Of a stretch of 64,000 bases of DNA, positions 36,266-48,965 are shown piece after piece. The notes under the pieces were generated by a model, which ran no database searches, had not been told where the DNA came from, and saw nothing but the letters and a program-made list of their open reading frames with translations. Origin of the DNA: Phallusia mammillata (lineage: Eukaryota). The first letter of the stretch is position 1, and each line of letters starts with the position of its first letter. Position numbers and translations under genes: made by a program. The stretch covers positions 30,752,001 to 30,816,000 of the forward strand of contig OZ281494.1 of the NCBI GenBank assembly GCA_965637545.1, read 5' to 3'.

Positions 36266-39200
36266 ATGGCTGCAAATCAAGAGGAGTGGATATTAGGTGT
36301 TTCCAAAAGTCAAACCGATTCAGACATATATTCAGCACGAAGTTGGCTTCTGACTGCGAAAACAATTTTTCCGCAGAGTTTCCGATTACAGGTAAAACTT
36401 ACAAAAACAATAAACACCATTTCAAGTATTGATGCGTGAGAGTCCAGCGCACAAAATGTGTTATATTTTTGAAATCCAGGGTCCTTCTTGCTGTGCACTT
36501 TCTGCACCCCCTTTTATAGTGGCCAGATGAGTAATAGGTATCCCATGTACTGTTTTACACATACATAAGATCAGTGGTGGGGTTCCGCCGGTTCTATAGA
36601 AGCGTCTCACGAAATTTTATGAGATCAGTGAACCGGTTAGCATTACTGGTTACTGTAAATGGAATTTGTAACAGAACCGACTGAAAAATATGACTTTTAT
36701 GACAGAGCCGACTGACAAAAAGTTTGAATCCCACCACTGCATAAGATTAACAGATTGTTTGGTTCAAACCTTGGAACCCCATCATTTTTAATAAACATTC
36801 TGTTTAGATTGAGGAATATCATTTGGAACTCAGGAAGAAAAACACAGAAGAATGTGCCCGGGTTCTGAACGAAATGTATGATTATCAAATTTTATGTGGC
36901 AACTGTGTGACCTGACCTGCAGCCTTGTGTTTTTACAGATATCGCGATTTTTCAAATGAACCACAGCTTTGGAAAGAAATTGAGTTGCTTATAGAAGCTA
37001 CAGAAAAATCAAATGATGACTTCAGAAAAGGTATTGCTTTAGTATTGATTATCAATAAATAAGTTTCAAATTTGATTTTGTTTAGAAATATTTGATCACC
37101 TTCCCCCAATCACACAACAGGGAATGATCATAGGCAGTGCAGAAAGTGTTGTCAATGTTGCTCATTACTGTCGTCTAATGCTGCTTCTCATGAACAAATT
37201 CCCTGAAACAATATCGAAGTATGGGGTAAGTATGATTTGCACAAAAACAGTTTTCACAATGCTGCTTCAAAGTCAAGAAAGCATGCCAGAGTTTTACTTT
37301 GCATCTTTAAATAAGATGTTTTCCTTACAAATGTTAGGTACCAGCCATTACAAACAAATCATTGCATGGTTTGGATAAGATCAAGTCATTTGAAAATAAC
37401 AAATAAAGCAATGGAAATAATTTTGATGCTCATTTTTTAATTGCTTAATCAGCTTGTCTTTGCTGTCTGATTGTAAAGATATTTTAATCAAAATCTATTT
37501 TGATTGCAGTTGGCAATTACTGAAAAACTTGTTGAAACAGAGAGACGTGTTGCTGAAAACAACACAGTAAATTATTGCCGTACCTTGTTGGTCCGCAAAG
37601 TTCTTCCTGTGATATGTCGTTATGGAAATGTTGGAGTCTCCCATAAGCACTTCTATAAGTGGCTGCAGAAAGCAACCGAGTTTTATGCATGTTTCTTCAC
37701 AGCAAGCGATGGTAAGTAACCAACTTGATCATGATATATTTTACGTTATTGAAGTATGCCCAACTTTATGATTGATGACGTTTAAGTGATTCATTTTTAT
37801 TTGTTTGATACAAACTTGACTTATGTAGTTGTACAGTTATTTTTTTCTCGAGGTTTTTTCTATGCTTATTTTGTTTCTTCAAAAAAGTTTTAGTGAGTTT
37901 TTTTAATGGAACCAGAAAAGGATTATGGTATCCCACATTATGTAAAAAAAAATGTTAAATTTAAATGAAATGTGTTGAGTAGTTGTTTTATCCACAATGA
38001 GATAAAATCTAACATTTTTTAAAGATGCTGAAAGAAGAGAAAGTTGGACAGAGATGAGCAAGTTACTTTCTTGGATAGCTATGCGGTGTGAATGGAGTTT
38101 GGACAGTAACTCTTCAGACAAGTAACATTACATAATGTTTGTTGTTTAAATTGTTTTACTACATTCAATCAACAACTCATGCCTTGTACTGGTATTGTTG
38201 ACCAGTTTAATCCACCAAATCTGCCCTCCATAACATTGTAAGGTTAGGCAGGTATTTCTAGCTTGGTGACTGTTTATCGGTCAATAATTATTTCTTTTCC
38301 AGGTGAATTAAAGTGAATGAAAGTACCCAACTTTGTGTTGCTTGTTTTGCATGTTGTACCTTGATATTGGTGTTGGATGATTTTAAACACACATTTTGTG
38401 CTTAGTGATTCTATCAGTGATCGGATGTCATTTATGCGAGACCTGTTTCGAAGAAGCAGAACAGACGTGGACGGAGCTGTCAATCGGAAACAAATCTTCT
38501 ACTCCACAATCATACTTCTTTTTGAGGCAGCTTCCACATACATGTTGTTACTTGATCCATCAATATATGAAGGTAGAAAAAAGTTTTTTGTACTATAACT
38601 TTTTTATATATCTGAAGAAGATATATTGTGCTATTTAGTTTTGTTTTTCTTTTTTATCGCTAATCTTGTCAACAGAAAATGAGCATTAAATTTCTGATTA
38701 GGATGAAACATGTTTATTGGTTGATGTCATTGAGTTAAAAAATATAAGGGTTCTATCAGAACACTATCAAGAGTTTGTTTGCTTATAAATGTGTAAAATC
38801 TTAAAATCACAGAACTAAATCATTATAGAACTGTATACTTGGAGAAACATGTACAACTTAAAAGTTCAAATAACCCATTGCAATATTCGGTCGTAGAGTA
38901 TTGATATCAGTTTTATAGTTAATTTCAGACAACAGCTCTACAGACCAGCCTTACATTCACATATGTGTTGTGGGAGACCAAGGGCAACCTCAGACATCAC
39001 CTGGAATGCAGGGAGCTTCAAAACGAACTTCAGACTTAAGAGAAGCATACAATGTTGGAAAAGAAGCTTGGAATATTTTGCATTCCATTGATTCATTCGA
39101 AAAAGGTACTGAAATGAATCACATTTTTGTTGTATATCATTTAAAATACTTACTTGTAATATTTTATCCATTTTTTGTCAGCCGGTTCTATCACAAAAAT

Positions 39201-40947
39201 TATATGTTTCAGGCAGTTCTGTTACAAAAAGTCCATTGACAGTAACCAGTAATGCTAACCGGTTTGCTGATCGCATAAAATTGTTCGTGAGACGTTTCTA
39301 TAGAACCGGTGCGAACTGGCTGAATCCCACCACTGATTATTATCTTTCTTCGCACAATACTGAAATACATTTGGTTCCAAATACTGCTTGTTTTAGGTCT
39401 ATAGGTGTTGTTGATTGTTTGCAATTTTGTACAGATTTCAACCATCTGACCCGAAGATGGAAATGTGAGCGGTGGTTGTGGTTTCAACTGTTTCTTGTTG
39501 ACCTTCACAATATGGATGGCAATTATAAAGCAGCATTGAGCAGATTAAATGCAGTTGAGTCCAAACTTCAAGAGCTTTGGTAAGTACTAAAAAGTGATAT
39601 CTTCAGAAAATCAATTCACAAAGCTCTTTTTTGCAACACAGTCCCCGAAAAGAAGTAATCTCTCGCATATACTGCCTGTTAGCGTCAACACTCTACTCCC
39701 TGGAAAAATTTCAAGTAAGGCGCCTAATACATGATTCTAAAATTTTGTCTTAAACCGCGTTATAACATCTTAGGAGTCATGTGAGTATATATTCCAATTG
39801 CTTTCCCACCTTCCCTATACTTATCATCCAAACAGCGAACAAGTGACGAGGCTACTTCCCTTGGGTAATCCGCAAAATCACGACCTTTTACTTGGTGGAG
39901 CCCAACCCAGTCTTCAATCTGTTGTGTTGAGTGTCGAAGACTTGCTTCCATTTTGGGTTCACGTTTTCATTTCAAGGTTTTTCATGTCTTTTGTAAATTA
40001 CGCCATAACTTGCCGACGTAATTAGTGATTTTTGTTTAGTTTGGAGAGCGTGATGCGTTCGGTCGAGGACGACCAGGTGCTGGGTCACCTGATTATTTTG
40101 TCGCAGTATGATTGGCCACGCTGGAAGTCTCAAAGCAGCCGTGTGTTGACGCGCCTCGTAGAAAAGCGATCATTCAAGTTTGACTTATTTTTTCAATACG
40201 TTATCAGTAAGTTGAAAACAATGGCACGTTGTGAAGTATGTGCAACAGCGTGCATAGTTTTATTTCCATTAAGGACAGATACAAATCGGTGTTTATCAAC
40301 GCGTTGTTCGCCAAAACCTTTGGTGCAAGATTAACAAGTATTAAATATACATTAAACAACATCAATCAATCACATAAGTTTAAGTATGCTTAAGATATAT
40401 ATTTCTTCCACACATATTATTACATTAATACAATCGCTGCTGAACTAGGTTATACATGGTGTAAAAAATCTGTTTCAGATATTGACATCCTTGAGGAAAT
40501 AGCTTACATCAAGAATCAGGAAACGTGCAAACTTAACCTCAAGCAAAATCCCACAGAGTAAGAGCTGATTATCTTTTTCTTGTAACAATACTTTCAGTGT
40601 CAACAAACCAAACCCTAAAAGTTATTAATAATCTTTTCCTTTTCGAATTTCGCCCGTTGAAACAAATCGTAGCAGCACAATTAGAAAACAAAATATCTAA
40701 AACATTCCAAAACTAGGAAATTGTGTTTGTTGTTGGTGCGATATATCTGGTAACAACTTAGTTTCTTGTCCCCAGACGTGCTCACGTGACCCGGGGAGTG
40801 AACCGTGAAGCGGACGAGGAGTTCTGGAGTGCGATGAAGCGTAACGCACAGAGGAGTCGGGAATCGGCGGCAGATCTCGTTCATCGATACTTGTCGGAAA
40901 ACCGAGAAGTGATATTATCGTGCATTAATATCGTCGAGCCCCGATAA
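36266..40947 (+). CDS. INTS10: Integrator complex subunit 10, 14 exons, about 635 aa
   Basis: Exons 36266-36391, 36808-36875, 36939-37030, 37086-37225, 37510-37711, 38025-38121, 38406-38572, 38929-39105, 39435-39579, 39642-39714, 39774-39976, 40040-40206, 40479-40557, 40776-40947. Motifs ARSWLLTAKTIFP, LLLMNKFPE, WKCERWLWFQLFL, LGHLIILSQYDWPR, IDILEEIAY and VTRG match INTS10. Confidence 0.9.
36572..36739 (+). mobile_element. Complete 168-bp hAT MITE in INTS10 intron 1
   Basis: TIRs CAGTGGTGGGGTTC ... GAATCCCACCACTG and an exact 8-bp TSD CATAAGAT at 36564-36571 and 36740-36747. Confidence 0.9.
39170..39335 (-). mobile_element. Inverted, one-end-truncated copy of the same hAT MITE family in INTS10 intron 8
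   Basis: Reverse complement of the internal sequence of 36572-36739; one TIR is intact. Confidence 0.8.
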
Positions 40948-41115
40948 AATACAACACATAAAATCTGGGAATTTGTTTGTGTTTGGATCAAGTCATGCAA
41001 ATGGTATGATGTCGTAGGCAATTTCGTGACGTCACATACCTAGTGGTGACGCAACCGCAAGGATACAACAAATTTTGTCGCTGAACAATGTGAGCCTCAT
41101 TGAAGATACATGCCC

Positions 41116-41423
41116 CAGTGTTTTTTTAAGGTCCCCCAAATTTCTCCAGCGGTTTCCCAAAATTTGCCAGTAGCCTAATAAATAATTCGTTTAAGCAAAT
41201 ATGGCTATTTTTGGTATTTAAATGAAACACTTGCGGTCTCTTAAAACTACTTAGCGGTCACCCAAACCAAACCTTAAAAAAAGGGCAGGAACTTGGCCGA
41301 ATGGTCCGGCGCGCCTGACCCACATACAGACATAAAAAAAACCTGATCGGGATTCGTTCCCGGGAGAGTCCTGGGTTCGAACCCCGTGAAGAAAAAAAAA
41401 AAAAACCTTAAAAAAAAACCCTG
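41116..41423. mobile_element. Composite hAT MITE carrying a SINE inside one TIR
   Basis: TIRs CAGTGTTTTTTTAAGG ... CCTTAAAAAAAAACCCTG. Flanks share CATGCCC (7 bp exact; 8 bp if one C slipped). The body equals 10565-10737 in reverse orientation. Confidence 0.85.
41283..41405 (+). mobile_element. Short tRNA(Leu/Ser-like)-derived SINE with poly(A) tail
   Basis: A box TGGCCGAATGG, variable-arm-like hairpin CGGGA-TTCGT-TCCCG, B box GGTTCGAACCC, A14 tail, and a 14-bp TSD AAACCTTAAAAAAA at 41269-41282 and 41403-41416. Confidence 0.8.
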
Positions 41424-41499
41424 CATGCCCCAACAAATAAGCTATTAGTGCCAGGCATAATGTATAAACGGGTTTGCGCTTTTAGCAATTTTTATCATA

Positions 41500-41550
41500 A
41501 ATAATCGACGTTTCGACGTGGCTATGCAAGACGCCTTATCAAGATAATGC
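41500..41550 (-). ncRNA. Minimal type I hammerhead ribozyme candidate (family B) with U3-A8 core variant and GUC cleavage triplet
   Basis: Minus strand reads GCAUUAUC UUGAUAA GGCGU-CUUGCAUAGCC-ACGUC GAAA CG UC / GAUUAU. Stem II has 5 bp closed by G10.1-C11.1, stem III is the palindrome ACGU, and stem I is 3 bp + U-U + 2 bp. Confidence 0.65.
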
Positions 41551-42352
41551 CATATCTCGCAGAAATTTGTTTTGCCCAAACAATATTCGTTTGTGCCCCA
41601 ACAACTTAGCTAAAATGATTAAAAAAATATGAGAAAATTTAAATACAATACTGATGGTTCTGTAAAGACGAAATGTAAATGTATTGAAAAATCAAATGGT
41701 TTATATTCTTGCTTTTTCCTTCGAAACTCTCACACCAGCGCGAGTGAAACCGTGGAAGTTACAACAGTGTGTCTAACTTTAAATAGATATATTAACGGCA
41801 CAACAAAACGGCTGCATAACATTGCAATGCAAATTTATACGGCATGTGGCGAGGGAAAAACAGTCGGAGCATAGAGAGTGGTTGATTATTGTGATTATAA
41901 ATACTGTGTAACTTGGTTATGTCCTTTTACAGCGTTTGATTACAGTGGGTAAAAAGTTTATACAAAGTAGTGGAGAACTGCGTTTGCTTTCTGGTCCCTG
42001 GTTGAACCCGATAGACGATTATTCATGGAGTTTAATACGACGGTTTATGCTAATTCTTGACCAGAAACGGTATAAGTATACATAGACTTTTTAAGTATCG
42101 CAGTATAGTGTCTATTTCGTTTGTTACAACTGCTAGATTATTTATTTGCTTATGCGTTGTGAAAAACCTGCACACTTTTTGGGTGAAAATATTTAATACT
42201 GGTACACGGAAGGTGTACAGATGAGATTTTGTACATTTGCATTATCTTGGTTTACATTTTCAACTACCTGTAAACAAATACACCAATTGCAGTTATAGAA
42301 ACCGTTGTCAAGTTTCACATAGAAGTAAAAGCAAAGCAACCTGTTGGTGATC

Positions 42353-44646
42353 ATGTCGGATTTCGAGATGAACAAAACCTGCGGAAGTCAGAGCATTTCT
42401 GGCGCAACACTTGAGAGCATTTCCGGCGTCAGTCAAGTAACTTTGATCATTCTAGCAGCGGTGGTAATGATGATAGCAATTGCCGAAATTGCGATGAATT
42501 TAGTTGCCATAGCAACAATAGCAAGCTCCAAAATTTTGAAGTAAGTAGACTAGAAGTGGAAAGAAAAAGGCGAAAAACATGAAGACAATACAATTGTGGG
42601 TTAAACTAATGTAATTTTAAAATGAATTAAAGGCAAGGAGAAATAATCTTATTACTTATCGGCAAAGCAAGTTTTGGGAACTTCTAAATTGTAACACCTC
42701 ATACACAATTTGCAGATCCGCGTTTGATCTTATTATCCTGAACATATGCGCAGCAGGTCTGGTTTCAAGCCTCCTCAGTCCTCTGCATCTATATCGCCGG
42801 GCGTGGGGATTTGTCAATTTTCAACTTCCCACCTGGACCTGCAGGTTGGCCCTTGGCACTAAATTCGGACTCTCTTACGCTGTCTCCATAAATGTGTGTA
42901 CATTTACATTGGTTCGTTACATGTCATTGCGGTTTCCTGCCTGGTACAGCGACCTTCGTCCGTTGCATGTGAAGGTAACTCTTGCTAATACAATATCTTT
43001 TGCAGAAGTACAATATTTATTTTAACTAAATCAGTTTAAATCCTGCTCTCTCTTGACTTAGACCTACAATACGCTTGTTTGGCTTGTGGTCATTGGTTTT
43101 AGCGCACCAGTGTTTATGCATGCCTCAGTGCAAGATGAACAACGATGCAACACTTTGGCGTCTTGTGCGACAAACCAAACAAGGTATTAAATATAACTGA
43201 CGTACACAAAACAACTAAAGCTAGAAGTGTTTAATTTACACCAGTTTTTGAAAGTTTTGCACCATTGGTGCCATACTTAAACCTAACAATTATATAGTAG
43301 AGAAGTTCACCAGTTCGCCACAGCTGTGCACCATATTTTCTACTACATTCCGATATGCTTGATGTTTGCAACATCTTTAGCCACCGGGTCAATTATTTAC
43401 CAACAACGCAGCAGACGAAAACAACTGGGTAATGTTGTTGTTTTTCATGTGGGGAAAGCAGTCTATGTTGTTTTTCAACCTTTTCTCGCTCTCAGGTAAT
43501 CGTCAGTCATCTCGTTTTAGTACGAGCGATCAAAAGAGAACCAGAAGAGAGAATTATATTTTAGTGCAACTTGCACTTGTGGTCATCTTTTTCAATATCA
43601 GCTATTTGCCTTATTCCCGTAGGTTCAATCCGTTAAAAGTGTTTTATATTTGTCCTTGGGTGATAATTTTCATTGTTCCAAAGTTTTTTTTTATCATTAC
43701 ACCAGTAGTTGATGTTTTAAAAGTTTAAATTTTGTTCAAATAAGAATACAAACTTAGCACAGTGACTCTTTGAAAAACTCCAGGCAATATTCGTTTATGC
43801 TAATTATCCTTTTAAACTTGTTAAACCGGTTCACTCTAAACTCGTAACTGCTTAGCGATCACCTGTGTTTCACCTTATACATATGCAAATGTTGTCCCTT
43901 TGTTAGGTTATCAGCATCACATGCTAGAGACAGGTGGACTTAATGAAAGTGAAGAACTTACTTTGGATTGGTGGTATGGTCTGGCGTCCTACCTTTGCAT
44001 GTGGCTATGCGAGTGTCTCAATCCATTGTTCTTCTTCTTTGCTTCCAAGTAATAATTGCCCTTTTAGCAGCACTTAATTACGCCCTGATAATTACAGAGA
44101 ATGATGTTTCCGGTTAAAAATTATAACCTGCTAGAAATAGGAATTAAACCTTTGTCAAGTAGGCCTATGTTAAACGTATTTTCTTTTAAAATGATATAAA
44201 CAAAACAAGCATTACAGCAGCTATAATGTACCTTATTGCACTGCAGAAAACTACGGACCGAAGCTAAAAAGGTGTGTAGGTGCCAGAAAAGATTACAGAG
44301 AAACAGAACCATGTCCCCAATGCGAGCTGCTGCGACAGCGAATAAATTCCCGCCAAAATTCATTGAGTCGACTCCACCGTCAACTTGCGGATACGCGGAA
44401 GATATAAATCCGGAAACATCGATGTGGTTTATTCCGACTGTCAACGAAAATGTACAGAAGGAGTCCGAAAAAGTGGTTGAAACCGGATACTACCAAGTAC
44501 CAACAAATGTACCTTTGCGAAAACCAGAAGATTCCAGAAAACGACTGGTGAGAAACCCAGCAATGGAATGTTTGATGAAAGAGTTTGTCGGCAAATCTGT
44601 ATTTTACATTGATGCAACCCATTGTCACCAAGAAACTGACTGCTAG
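42353..44646 (+). CDS. Orphan class A (rhodopsin-like) GPCR, 7 exons, about 454 aa
   Basis: Exons 42353-42540, 42716-42974, 43062-43183, 43298-43428, 43496-43618, 43907-44048, 44247-44646. Seven hydrophobic segments, TM1 N, ECL1 W...C, VRY...FP, TM5 YYIP, TM6 SYLPY, TM7 NPLFF and a helix 8 with CRC. Confidence 0.85.
42503..42516. promoter_or_regulatory. Consensus RFX X-box inside the GPCR TM1 coding sequence
   Basis: GTTGCCATAGCAAC, spanning codons V-A-I-A-T. Whether it is functional is unknown. Confidence 0.35.
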
Positions 44647-45141
44647 CTTAACACATTGAACCGAAATATTTAAATTCATGTCCACAATAGATTGCAAAAC
44701 ACAGTTCCCTGTGCTGACCTGGGACAGAAATATGTAAATGTGTTAAAATAACACTTCTATTTAAAAACTGTACTGTCAGTTTGAAAATACATTAAAATTG
44801 AATAAAAAGTGTATTTGAATGCAAACATGAAAATGCATTCAACTTTCTTAATGACTAAAACACTGCAAAACTACTGCACCTCAGAATCCTATTTGCAATA
44901 GATATCAAGAAATTTTATTGTACTGTATAATTATTGACACAGACATCATCCGACATCGGGAAGTCACGTTCACGTTTTCATTATTGTTTCGCTTACAAAA
45001 GTTTGGCGAATGTACAAAATAAACGAAACGCATTGAAGTTGTTGCCAGTAGCTGTCAAAAAGCTCCCAGCAGGAACTGATTACCTTTTAGATTTGAAAAA
45101 AAAAATTCGATCGTTTTTTGCCAGTAAGGCCGAGAATCGAG

Positions 45142-47934
45142 ATGTCTTCGCATAAATCTCGGAAACGAATTAGAATTGCAAAAAAAGCAGCTCGGCCCGA
45201 ATTGAAGGGTGAGGAGGGTTGGTTGGGGGGTGGTTACAACAAATGGTTTGATCTTTCTCACCAAACAGTGAAGGACAATGTTGAGCGGATAGACTATTTG
45301 CAGGTATCCCACGAAGAGTTTGTTGAAAAGTAAGTATCATAACACTTTGAAAGCATTGGTCCGGTAATGCTGCAATCAGATTTACGGATGTTGTAGACAG
45401 TATAGCTGGTTTCCCTAACATGCATTTAATGGTTTTGTTTGCAGATTAGGTTTGTCACTGGTATTTAACATCCAAGTTGGCAAACTTTGTTGGTAAGGTG
45501 TTACTACAATGTTTCTGTCCAAAAGATACTGACTCATAAATGTACAGAGTGCATTGGCTAGAATATATCACAGGTGTAAATCCCAAACATAATTGTAGCG
45601 GAATATCTTTTAAATCATTTCGATAAGGGCAGTTTGACTGAAGCATGATTTTGTGAATCCAGATACGAAAGGCCTGCCAAGCCTGTGGTTCTTGTGAACT
45701 CACAAAAAAACTGGCAGGCCAATTATAAATGGACCCTTGAGCGATTAAAGAAAAAGTATAGAAACCAGAAATTCAAATGTGGGGAAGACAACGATGGCTA
45801 CTCGGTCAAGATGAAAATGAAATATTACATAGACTATCTAAAGTCAACTGAAGACGACAGCCCACTCTACATCTTTGACAGCAACTATGGGGAACACAAC
45901 AAGCGAAAACAACTATTGGAGGACTTTGAAATACCCTCCTATTTTAAAGACGACCTGTTTAGGTAACTTTAGTACACTGTGTTGTTTAGGCAATATATCC
46001 ATGGTTTCAGCACTTAAAATTGACACTTTGCACTAATGATGGCAACAGTAATTGCTGAAATCCCTGCACTACAATTTTATCTTCTTATTGCAATGTTTTT
46101 TATTATGCACATCTCTACATCTTTGCACTTACACTTGTGTTTGTCGTCCTGCAGGTACGCAGGGGAAAAGAGAAGGCCACCATACAGATGGTTTGTAATG
46201 GGGCCAAAACTTTCAGGAACAGGAATCCATATAGACCCACTTGGAACAAGTGCATGGAACGCTTTGGTGAAGGGTCATAAAAGATGGTGCCTTTTTCCTA
46301 ATAATACACCAAAAGAATTAATTAAGGTAAGCATGTAAACAAAATATTTATGTTATTCATGCCATGGTGTATAATGTGGAATATTGTTCATATGCTATTA
46401 TGCAATGTATTTAAAACCTGTGGGTAAAGGCTTCATAAACATCCAATAAGACAGTGGTCGTCAACCTATGGGTCGCGACCCCAAGTGGGGTCGCCTAAAC
46501 TTTTTCTGGGGTCGCAATTAGTCACCGAATTTAATTTATTGCATTTTAAAATTTATAACAGAAAATGAAACAAATATTATGTTCTTAATGAAACTAATAT
46601 TATGTTCTACTTTCCGTTTAGCATTACTTAAAACATTTTTCTTAGTGTTGAAAAAAATGGGGTCGCATGTATATTCTGATTTCATTTTCCCTTAAATTGG
46701 GGTCGCCTATAAAAAAGGTTGAAGACCACTGCAATAAGATATTATTCCTTAAAAAAGGTATATCTCCGTATCAGGTAAAAAAGAGTGAAAGTCCCCTGCA
46801 GCAAGGAGAAGCAATCACATGGTTCCATTTGATTTACCCACGCACTCAAAGCAAAGACTGGCCTGCTGAATACAAACCACTTGAGATTTTACAAAAGCCT
46901 GGTAAGCATATAAATGCTATGATAGTAGTTAGTAGTAGATGATAGCAATTTTTAAGTAGTAATATCAGCCAAAATCCAGTAACAACAGCTCTTTATTTTT
47001 TTCTGTCAGGTGAAACAGTGTTTGTGCCGGGTGGCTGGTGGCATCTTGTTCTCAATCTTGACACGGCGATTGCAGTCACACAAAACTTTGCGTCAGTTGC
47101 AAACTTTCAAACAGTGTGGGCCAAAACAGTTAAAGGAAGACCGAAGCTCTCACACAAATGGATCAGGTAGGATAATAATTGATTTGATGTGTGTCAATTT
47201 TAAATCTCGAAAGTTGCAGGCTAAAGCTGCAGAGGGTACCAAAAATATTTGTGTTTTTTCCAAGGTAACTTAGTCAGAAACTTAGTTTCTGCCATATTAA
47301 GGGTGTTGCTCTAACTTTTTTAGGATAACATTTTAAGCAAGTTATTTGCAATATATATATAGAATCTTTTATGGGTATGCACCCCCTATTTTGCCGTGGA
47401 GTAGTAACAAACTATTTTGCTGTGCTGTAACTTATCTCACTTAATGCAGAATTTTGAGGAAAGAACGTCCAGAGGTGGCAGCATTATCAGAAGACATTTG
47501 TACTGCAAACTCAATCGAGTCCGACTCATCAAGCGATTCATCTTCATCTTCCAGTGATTCTTCATCTAGTTCATCTGATGAATCTGAGGAGGTTCAAGAT
47601 AATCATGTAAATGGTCGAAAGAGACCTGCTGCTAATGCCTGCCAAACACCGTAAGTGAGATTTTTAAGGGCCTTAACAAATAGGTGCTTGAAATTATCCA
47701 AAGGAGTAATGCTTGTAACTTACAAAACCTGGAATATCCAGTAGTGACAAATAAAAGACAATTTTACTGCAAAATTGATAGCTTTGTTTTAAACGCTTTT
47801 ATATAATTGACAATTAATAAAATGGATATTTTGTAAAGGTTTACATAACCCACAACTAATGGAGTATTTTGTGTACATGCAGGTCAAAGCGACCAAAATC
47901 GGAGGGTGGTTGTCAGGATCGCGCCGATAGATGA
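45142..47934 (+). CDS. JMJD6: JmjC-domain protein 6 (bifunctional arginine demethylase/lysyl hydroxylase), 7 exons
   Basis: Exons 45142-45329, 45663-45962, 46155-46326, 46775-46901, 47010-47166, 47450-47650, 47883-47934. Motifs [60 protein letters not shown] and a poly-Ser tail. Confidence 0.96.
46452..46731. mobile_element. 280-bp hAT/Charlie MITE in JMJD6 intron 3
   Basis: TIRs CAGTGGTCGTCAACCT ... AGGTTGAAGACCACTG, an exact 8-bp TSD CAATAAGA, and internal GGGGTCGC repeats. Confidence 0.9.
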
Positions 47935-48965
47935 CGTAACCATGACGTCACACGTACTGCTGCAACCACATACCAGGATATTTGTTTATGATTTTCGACA
48001 TTTTCTCAATCGCTGCCTTTTTGTGAACTTTATAATGTATTTTATTCCCTAAAAATAAACTTCGCTTTTTTTCTGCATAGTTCATTTGGTTGGTGGGAAT
48101 TTTTATGGAGGTGAAACAGCTACCGAAATGTAACTTTTTGGAGGGTTAACACTGTACTACTGCTCGGGGCCATGTGTTCAGCAAGTAGTATGAAATTCCC
48201 GTTTCTAAGTTGTCGGGTCCGCTTTAAGTATAATCGGTTACAAACTACAGTTTCTGTACACAATGTCAATTTAAGGCAAAACTGACAGAGAAATCTTAGG
48301 CGACTTGTACGATAAAAATAAATGAGGTACAACAAAGACTTAAACCGCGATGTTTGCTAGTGAAGGTAAACGTTGCAACGTGAACAAGTTTGCAGTCCCA
48401 GTCCGCAATTCTATCAGTTTACTGTACCAGGGGTGGATTTAGGTTGTATGGGGCCGCTGGTTGTTACTTGAAGGCCCGATCCATATATATTCATTCATAT
48501 AAAACTGTCGTTAATAGTGCAAAGACGCTAAAACTGGAGAATTGGGGCCCCTGGCTGCAGCGGCCTTTGACATCTTAACACGATATAGCTGCAGCGCCTT
48601 TGGCCATTGTCCAACAACTGTGCCCTTCACTGTTTTGCGCTCCATAACGGTTGAACGTTGCTCAGCTATTTAGGGTTGGGCGATTGTTTTTTTGTGTCGC
48701 TATGTTTTGCCAAGCGAAATCAACTTCACTGTTTTTACTGATTAGTTTCTCAAACTCCACTCAACAGCCTTTTCTAACAGTTTCTCCTGCTGTCAAAACC
48801 AGAAACAGTTGTGATATCAATAGCCGTAGCCTCATTTTTATTCCCTTTTCGTAAAACACGCAAAACAAGCATGCAAATAACGATAGATGCACGCGGCAAA
48901 CAAAACGAGTCAACCGAGCATGTTGCGGTTTTGCGAAGTCGGGCTTGATAAAATGAGCTGTGAGC

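Noticed and set aside
37086-37130. Suspected frameshift in INTS10 exon 4 at a C homopolymer
   Set aside because: On recounting, and using the ORF track (ATG at 37124 in frame with 37088), the run has five Cs and reads LPPITQQGM with no frameshift.
42760-42785. CTGAGGA...GAAAC on the minus strand as a hammerhead
   Set aside because: There is no room for stem II and it lies within a GPCR coding exon; a chance match.
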